A stretch of DNA of 64,000 nucleotides from positions 18,011,836 through 18,075,835 of the forward strand of contig OZ316893.1 in NCBI GenBank assembly GCA_973895155.1. The letters are read 5' to 3'. Source of the stretch: Marsupella aquatica. Lineage: Eukaryota > Plantae > Marchantiophyta. The notes under the pieces are model-generated. The model had not been told where the DNA came from, did no database searches, and was given only the letters and a program-made list of their open reading frames with translations. Positions 58,202 through 64,000 of the stretch are shown here, one piece after another. Each line of letters opens with the position of its first letter. Positions within the stretch are counted from its first letter, which is position 1. The position numbers were made by a program, and so were the translations under genes.

Positions 58202-60348
58202 TCAAAATAAGAGGGGAGGCCAAACGTCAAGGAGAGGTAATCGAGCAAGTCCCCTAATTGCTTGTGATCCTTTAGTACGGGAAGAGGAATGAAGTTGGTT
58301 TCTCTTCAGCTGTTCTCTCAGTCGAATTAGATCTTTCTCATACTTATACTGAAGTGCATATCCATCATGAGAAACCCATAGATAGTGATTATAAGGCCAT
58401 GCCTTTCCTGGAAGTACAGGTGGAAATGGACAGGACACTCGTCTAAGGGTATACACCCAACATGAAATTTCATACTCAAAGAATTTTGTCTTCCTGTCCT
58501 TATCAATTGGTGGAACAATCTTGGGGAACTTGTACGTAGGAATCAAAGTACGAATACCTGCAGGACATATCCCAGGCAGAATCTGTTGCTGTTGTCTGAT
58601 ACTCTCTACTTCCAAATGCCTGAAAGCCATATGGTAGTCTTTCTTGGTCCAAGAATTAATAGAAGTAAGATTGGGGACAGGAATAGGAGGTGGTAACTCA
58701 ACCGATCTCCCTAATTTTGGTGGAATTCGAATAATTCGAGGATCTGCCTCATCCTCACTGCCATCACTTGGCGCTCCTATCCATCGGAAAATTACTCCTG
58801 GAGTTGAGGAAGGAATCACAGACTCCTTAGCAGGTGGATAAGGTGGAGTCTCAGGAGAAGTAGGAGCAATGGTGGTCTGTACTCGTTCCAGAATCTCTCC
58901 ACCTGTGAACTTTGCAGTTGGAAGCTCCCTCTCTGGCTGCAACTCCTCTGAATAAACAGCTGACGCATCTCTAGCTTCATTCGGTTCCTGCTCATTGACA
59001 TTCTGCTCCGGTGCTTCTATCTGGACCTTATCAAAATATTCAGCAGCATGCAATTCTACCGAATCCTTAGCTCTCCGTAATCTCTTCCATGGTCTACGAC
59101 TATAAGTGACCTGATTCTCATCCGAAGTTCGAGATGTGGTAACTGTAGGTTGGGTGTCTTGATGAGTTTCAAGAATGTTTTGCAAAGGAGGTTCTGGGCT
59201 CCCATTGGAGAGCTCATCCGATCCATAGTCCTGTAACGAAGCTAGAGCATCCTGGTTTACAGTAGATAGAGATGGGAATAGCCAGGGCAAATCCTCCTGT
59301 ACACTATCTTCGTCAAAAGAGGGAAAAATTGGGGCTTCACCTGGTGATTCCCCAATTGGCTCCTGTTCCTGGGCAGCTTCCTCTGGGTCATCGAAGGGAT
59401 CGAGTCCCACAGATTGTGAATTAGCCTGGGTTTCATCCCGCATCTCCTCTTCGGTTTCGTGTATATCTGTGGCTCCAGTACCCATAAATTGTTCGTACAG
59501 CTCTTCATCAACTGTAGGGGTCGCCTCCTCTAGAATTTGAGTTGTCTGCTCCAACGTTTCGACCATACTACGAACATTCGGCAGCAACTCCACTTCTTCG
59601 CAATCTAATAAGGTACACAATGCATTCAAAGTAGCCTGTGATCCCTTGGGCTGCTCTTCCGGTCTACAATTCATATCCGCCTTTACTTTAAGCATCAAAT
59701 TGCGATGAATCCGCTTTTCTACCGGTAGCAGGCACCTCTTCTTGTAGTAAATATGCACAAGATAGGGAGTTAAGTGCACCATTCGCAGCTTCCTCTCTCA
59801 TACTCAATTCCTGAAATTTTTCACCTGCGTGTGGATTACTCGATGTAAAATTTGTGTCCAATTAATCGCCTTCCTCTGTTCCACGGAGAAAATCACAGTG
59901 GCTGCAAACGACAATGTGATTCGCGTCTGACTCTCAGGGTGAAAGATAGGGGAGAGGAAACGAAATAAATGTTGGAGCCGCGCTTCTATACAATCTGCCG
60001 CCACCCAGCCATTTCGCCTCTTGAATGTCCCGGGGTAAAACAAAGATTCAACACACGCCCTGGGTTTGCCTTCCACTTTCTGTAGACCTTCTCCTATACT
60101 CGGAGTCGAATAGACTATCGAGATGAGCTCTTCATTCCAATTACTTGGCCTTGCGCGTATCTCCGGTCCTTCCTCTCCATCCCATTCGCCTCTATCAAAC
60201 TGAATTCGCAAATGTTCCAAGGGAACTTCAAGAGACGCTTCAAACCCATAGTCGCCAAATCTTCTCTCAATCATCTTCGATCAACTATACTTAATGGTAT
60301 CGCAACAGCTATCGGACGCGCGGTGATATTCAGCTCTGTTTCCGCCAT
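58202..60348 (-). pseudogene. Element E accessory gene with a PMD-like N-terminal domain and a long acidic/Pro region
   Basis: MAETELN..LREDLATMGLKRLLKFPW (ATG 60348), a frameshift into IRARPSNW..NGWVAADC..FLSPIFHPE..INW, then two TGA codons and the in-frame 526-aa ORF HLTPYLVHIY. Confidence 0.72.
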
Positions 60349-60538
60349 CGCTCAATCTGCAATCTTCGCATTTGCAGCTCCAATTTACTTCGATCAGGCC
60401 TCCTTTATGTCTATATCCACTATCAGTAGTGGCGCTACTGAAATTGGCTTCTTGATTCACTCGTCGCTTCTCTACTTCGACCCGTTGGACGCCACAATCC
60501 ATCGCCGTACTCAAGAACGTTCAGAAACTTCTTATGTT

Positions 60539-60714
60539 GGACGCTTCAGAACGCGTCCTATATCCGGATGCAATTCTTGTGTCAGCAAGCGGACGCTTTC
60601 CAAAAGTGTCCTGTCGTGGAGGACGCTTCGCAAAGCGTCCTATAACTCTTTGGTCTTGGAATGAGGCGTCCAGTCGACTTGTCAACTTGGCGAGGACGCT
60701 TCAGTAAGCGTCCA
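60539..60714. repeat. Second cluster (4-5 copies) of the GGACGCTT/AAGCGTCC palindrome
   Basis: Copies at ~60539, 60591, 60621 and 60694. Confidence 0.85.
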
Positions 60715-60810
60715 AAATTTTAAAAATTTTCCGAGCATAATTTACTATTCTAAGCTATTCCTTACTAATCTACCTCACAGGTATGAAGTATACCTAGCCC
60801 TCCACTCAAA

Positions 60811-63802
60811 CTATGACATGTCCTCAGGAGTGGAAGACAAATGATATTGTTTTAATCTAAAGCCATTAATTCTAGTATCCAAGGGGTGGCCCTCGAGAGT
60901 GGTTAAAGAAATAGAGCCATTAGCCCAAATCTTCGCTACTCTATAAGGTCCTATCCAATGAGTATGTAACTTTCCCGGAAATAACATATAACGAGAATCA
61001 AATACTAATGCTAAGTCTCCCTCTACTAATTTAATGGGTTTAAGCTTCTGATCATAAGCTTGTTTTCATTTTCCTTGAACAAAAACTGTGTGTTCTAAAG
61101 CGAGCAAGCGATGCTCTTCTAATTGGTTAATGTCAACTAATCTAGAAGCTAGACTTTCATCAGGAGGCAGTCGGGCAGAAACAAGTAACCGCTTAGTAGG
61201 AACTGAAAATTCAATAAGGGATAACACTATCTAACCCATAAGTTAAATAAAAAGGTGTTCGTAGAGTTGTGATCTTCTCCGCAATACGGTAGGCCCAAAG
61301 TGCAGAATACAGTTTTAAATCCCAATTAGTCTTATGAGATTCTACTAGCTTATTTAAGATTTTCCCCATAATTCCATTAGCTCGCTCAGTCAAGCCATTT
61401 GCTCTTGGATTATAAGGGGTAGTCTTGCGGTGTTTAATGAGATAGAAATCTGTAATCAACTCAATAGTGGAATTTAAGAAATGCAGGCCCCTGTCACTCA
61501 CCAGTTCTAAAGGGCAGCCAAAGCGAGTAATGATATGTTCGAATAAAAATGCAGCAGCAGTGTTGGCATCATTTTTCCTTCTGGCTTTAGCCTCCACCCA
61601 TTTGGTGGCATAATCTGTTGCAAGAATAATATACTTACTTTGACTTTGACAAGCAGCTGGAGAGATGGGGCCAATAAAATCAATTCCCCACTTTTCAAAA
61701 TGGGCTAAAGGTAAAATGGGGGTAAGTGGCCATTTGGAAGATGCAGTTGGTTTGCCAATCCTTTGGCATGGGTCACAAGATTTAATAAAAGCATATGTAT
61801 CCTTGTGCATAGTGGGCCACCAATATCCTGCATCCTGAATTTTCTTAACTGTGGTATTGATCGCATAATGGCCTCCCGTCTTGCCTGAGTGTAAAGCCTC
61901 AATAACTTGGGGTACCTCCCTCTCCTCAAGGCAACGTCGCAACTTCTGATCTGGTCCTTCCTTAAACAGAGTACCCCTCACAATAGTGTAAGGACCAACC
62001 TTATGAGCAAAAACCGCTCGCTCCTCAGCATTAAGTCCTTGTGGGAACACCCCATGAAGTAACATCCGCACAATCTCAAAATACCGGGATGATTCCCCTT
62101 CAATATGCCAAAGATGCTCATCCGGAAACTCATCAGACAGGCTCTGTTGATTCTCCAAACCTTGTAATCTTGACAAGAAATCAGCGTTCTCATGGTGCTT
62201 GCCGGGTCGGACATGCACCTCATAATCAAATTCTTGAAGCAGGAGTACCCACCTGGCTACCCTTCTTGACAGGTCCACTTGATTAACCAGGTATTTCAAA
62301 GAGTGATGGTCCGTGTGAAAGATAATCTGATATCCAAGAAGATAATGACAAAATTTCTTGCAGGCAAAAACAATGGCTAAGGCCTCCCTTTCGGTAACTG
62401 TATAATTTTTCTCAGCAGCACTCATCTGCCTACTGGCATAATAAATGGGATGGTCCCGATTGTCATCATCCTTTTGACTCAAATTAGCTCCAATGCAGAA
62501 GGCAGAGGAATCAATGAAAACATGAAACTTCCTACTCCAATCTAGTGGTGAGAGAATGGGCGCAGTCACAAGGCAATCTTTAAGTGTTTGAAAAGCTTGT
62601 TGTCTTTCTTCATTCCAAACATAGGGTTCATCCTGTTTCAGCAGTTTGGTCAAAGGCAAAGCAACATCGGCATGTTTGTAAATGAATCGACGATAATACC
62701 CAACATGCCCCAAGAAAGCACGAAGTTGCTTTAAATCTGCAGGGGGTTGAAGTTCCACAATCACCCGAACCTTCTCCTTATCTACCTCAATTCCACGTTG
62801 GGAAATGACATGCCCAAGTAGGATACCCTCCTTCATACCAATAAAGCACTTCTCTGGATGTAAACACAACTGAGCCTCTCTACACTTCTGAAAAGTCTTC
62901 TCTAGGTGCATCAAATGGTCAGCGGCTGATCCAAACACGCAAAAATCATCGATAAAAATCTCCATGAAATGCCTCAAATACTCCTGAAAAATGATCATCA
63001 TAATCCTTTGGAAAGTTCCGGGTGCATTACATAGGCCAAACGACATCATAGTGAATGCATAAGTGCCCCAATCAGTGGTGAAGGTAGTTTTTTCACGATC
63101 CTCTTTACGAATAGAAACCTGATTATAACCGGAGTAGCCATCCAGAAAACTATATAATTCATGCAATGCAACAAGATCGAGCACTAGATCAATGAAAGGT
63201 AAGGGATAGTGGTCCTTCTTGGTGGCTGCATTTAGTTTCTGAAAGTCCTGACAAACTCTGATTTTAGTCTTCCCATCAGGTCCTGCCTTCTTAGGAACGA
63301 TCACAATTGGTGAAACCCACTCGCTGCTCAGTACTGGATAGATGAACCCAGCAGTTGTCAACTTGTCTAATTCCTCCTTGACAAGTACAGAATACTTTGG
63401 GTTCAAGCGATATTGCCTTTGCCTGACGGGTACTGCCCCTTCCATCAAATCAATCCGATGTTCGCCCAAATGGGGGTGAATGCCCTTCAGATTCGAGTGG
63501 CTCCAGGCAAATACATCCTTATACTGAGTCAATAAGTTCACATACAATTCCCTTAACTCCCCCTGGATATGCTTACCTATGTTGAGAAATTTGCCGGGTT
63601 CAATCTCGATCTGCTGACATGCTTTGGGGTCTACTATACCATCAGTTAGATTGGATGGTGTAAGCTCTAATTTACCTAAATCAGACTCTGTTTCATCCTG
63701 GATATCTGGGGGCTGCCCTCCTACAATGGGTGTTGGTTGGACTGGCTCCTTCGAGCTCCTCTCGTCAACCAAAGGCACTCCTTGTAGGATGGACGGCTTC
63801 AT
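60811..63802 (-). pseudogene. pol: Element E pol (RT, RNase H, integrase), with stops in the integrase C-terminus
   Basis: 863-aa ORF with LDGYSGYNQ, FIDD, HPIYYASRQ, WGIDFIGP, SDRG and NGLTER. The tail LHTHWIGPY..INGFRLKQY ends near 60812. Confidence 0.95.
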
Positions 63803-64000
63803 CCCCCGACTTAATTGTCAAGAGGTAGCTACTGGTTTAATTTCCGTTTCTTTCTTGGTATCGGACAAATAAACCTCCAGGTAGCGTACCTCTTCCAATT
63901 CAAACTCCAGTGGCTCTAAAATCAAGTGAGAGTCAGAAAAGTCTGATGTATAACCGTCATCAGTCTGAGTCTCACCCTTATGCATGTCTGAAGCCCAGCT

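Larger units (their letters stand above)
56387..64000 (-). mobile_element. Element E: 3' half of a Ty3/Gypsy retrotransposon with an extra gene between pol and the 3' LTR
   Basis: Order is pol, palindrome array, accessory ORF, palindrome array, G-rich PPT, LTR ending ...CGACA at 56387. Confidence 0.85.

Noticed and set aside
56387-60818. A 4.4-kb LTR for element E starting at TGTCATAG
   Set aside because: No purine tract precedes 60818, whereas a strong G-tract precedes TGTTA at 57131. Disfavoured but not excluded without the 5' LTR.

Overview
Eukaryotic repeat-dense DNA with no intact host gene. The element families suggest a non-seed land plant (inference). 1-12.6 kb is AT-rich, decayed repeat sequence. 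From 12.6 kb on there is a nest of transposons. (1) An RLE-type non-LTR retroelement on the minus strand, interrupted by a MITE, by a non-autonomous Gypsy element C (14481-19483, 4-bp TSD) and by a CACTA end. (2) Gypsy element A on the plus strand (4.9-kb LTR, truncated in RT), with a second inverted A LTR at 51738-56280. (3) Gypsy element B on the minus strand (30615-49529, TSD AAGAC, 4.0-kb LTRs), whose 5' LTR holds a truncated element D. (4) The 3' half of Gypsy element E on the minus strand. Three features stand out. Families A and B carry a whole ~880-1200 aa gene (plant-mobile-domain-like core plus coiled coil) inside their LTRs, and E carries a related gene between pol and its LTR. That E gene is bracketed by ~16 copies of a 20-bp palindrome. 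Element B split a gene encoding a beta-class N4C/N6A DNA-methyltransferase-like fold. Domain calls are by-eye motif recognition and need HMM or structure confirmation.
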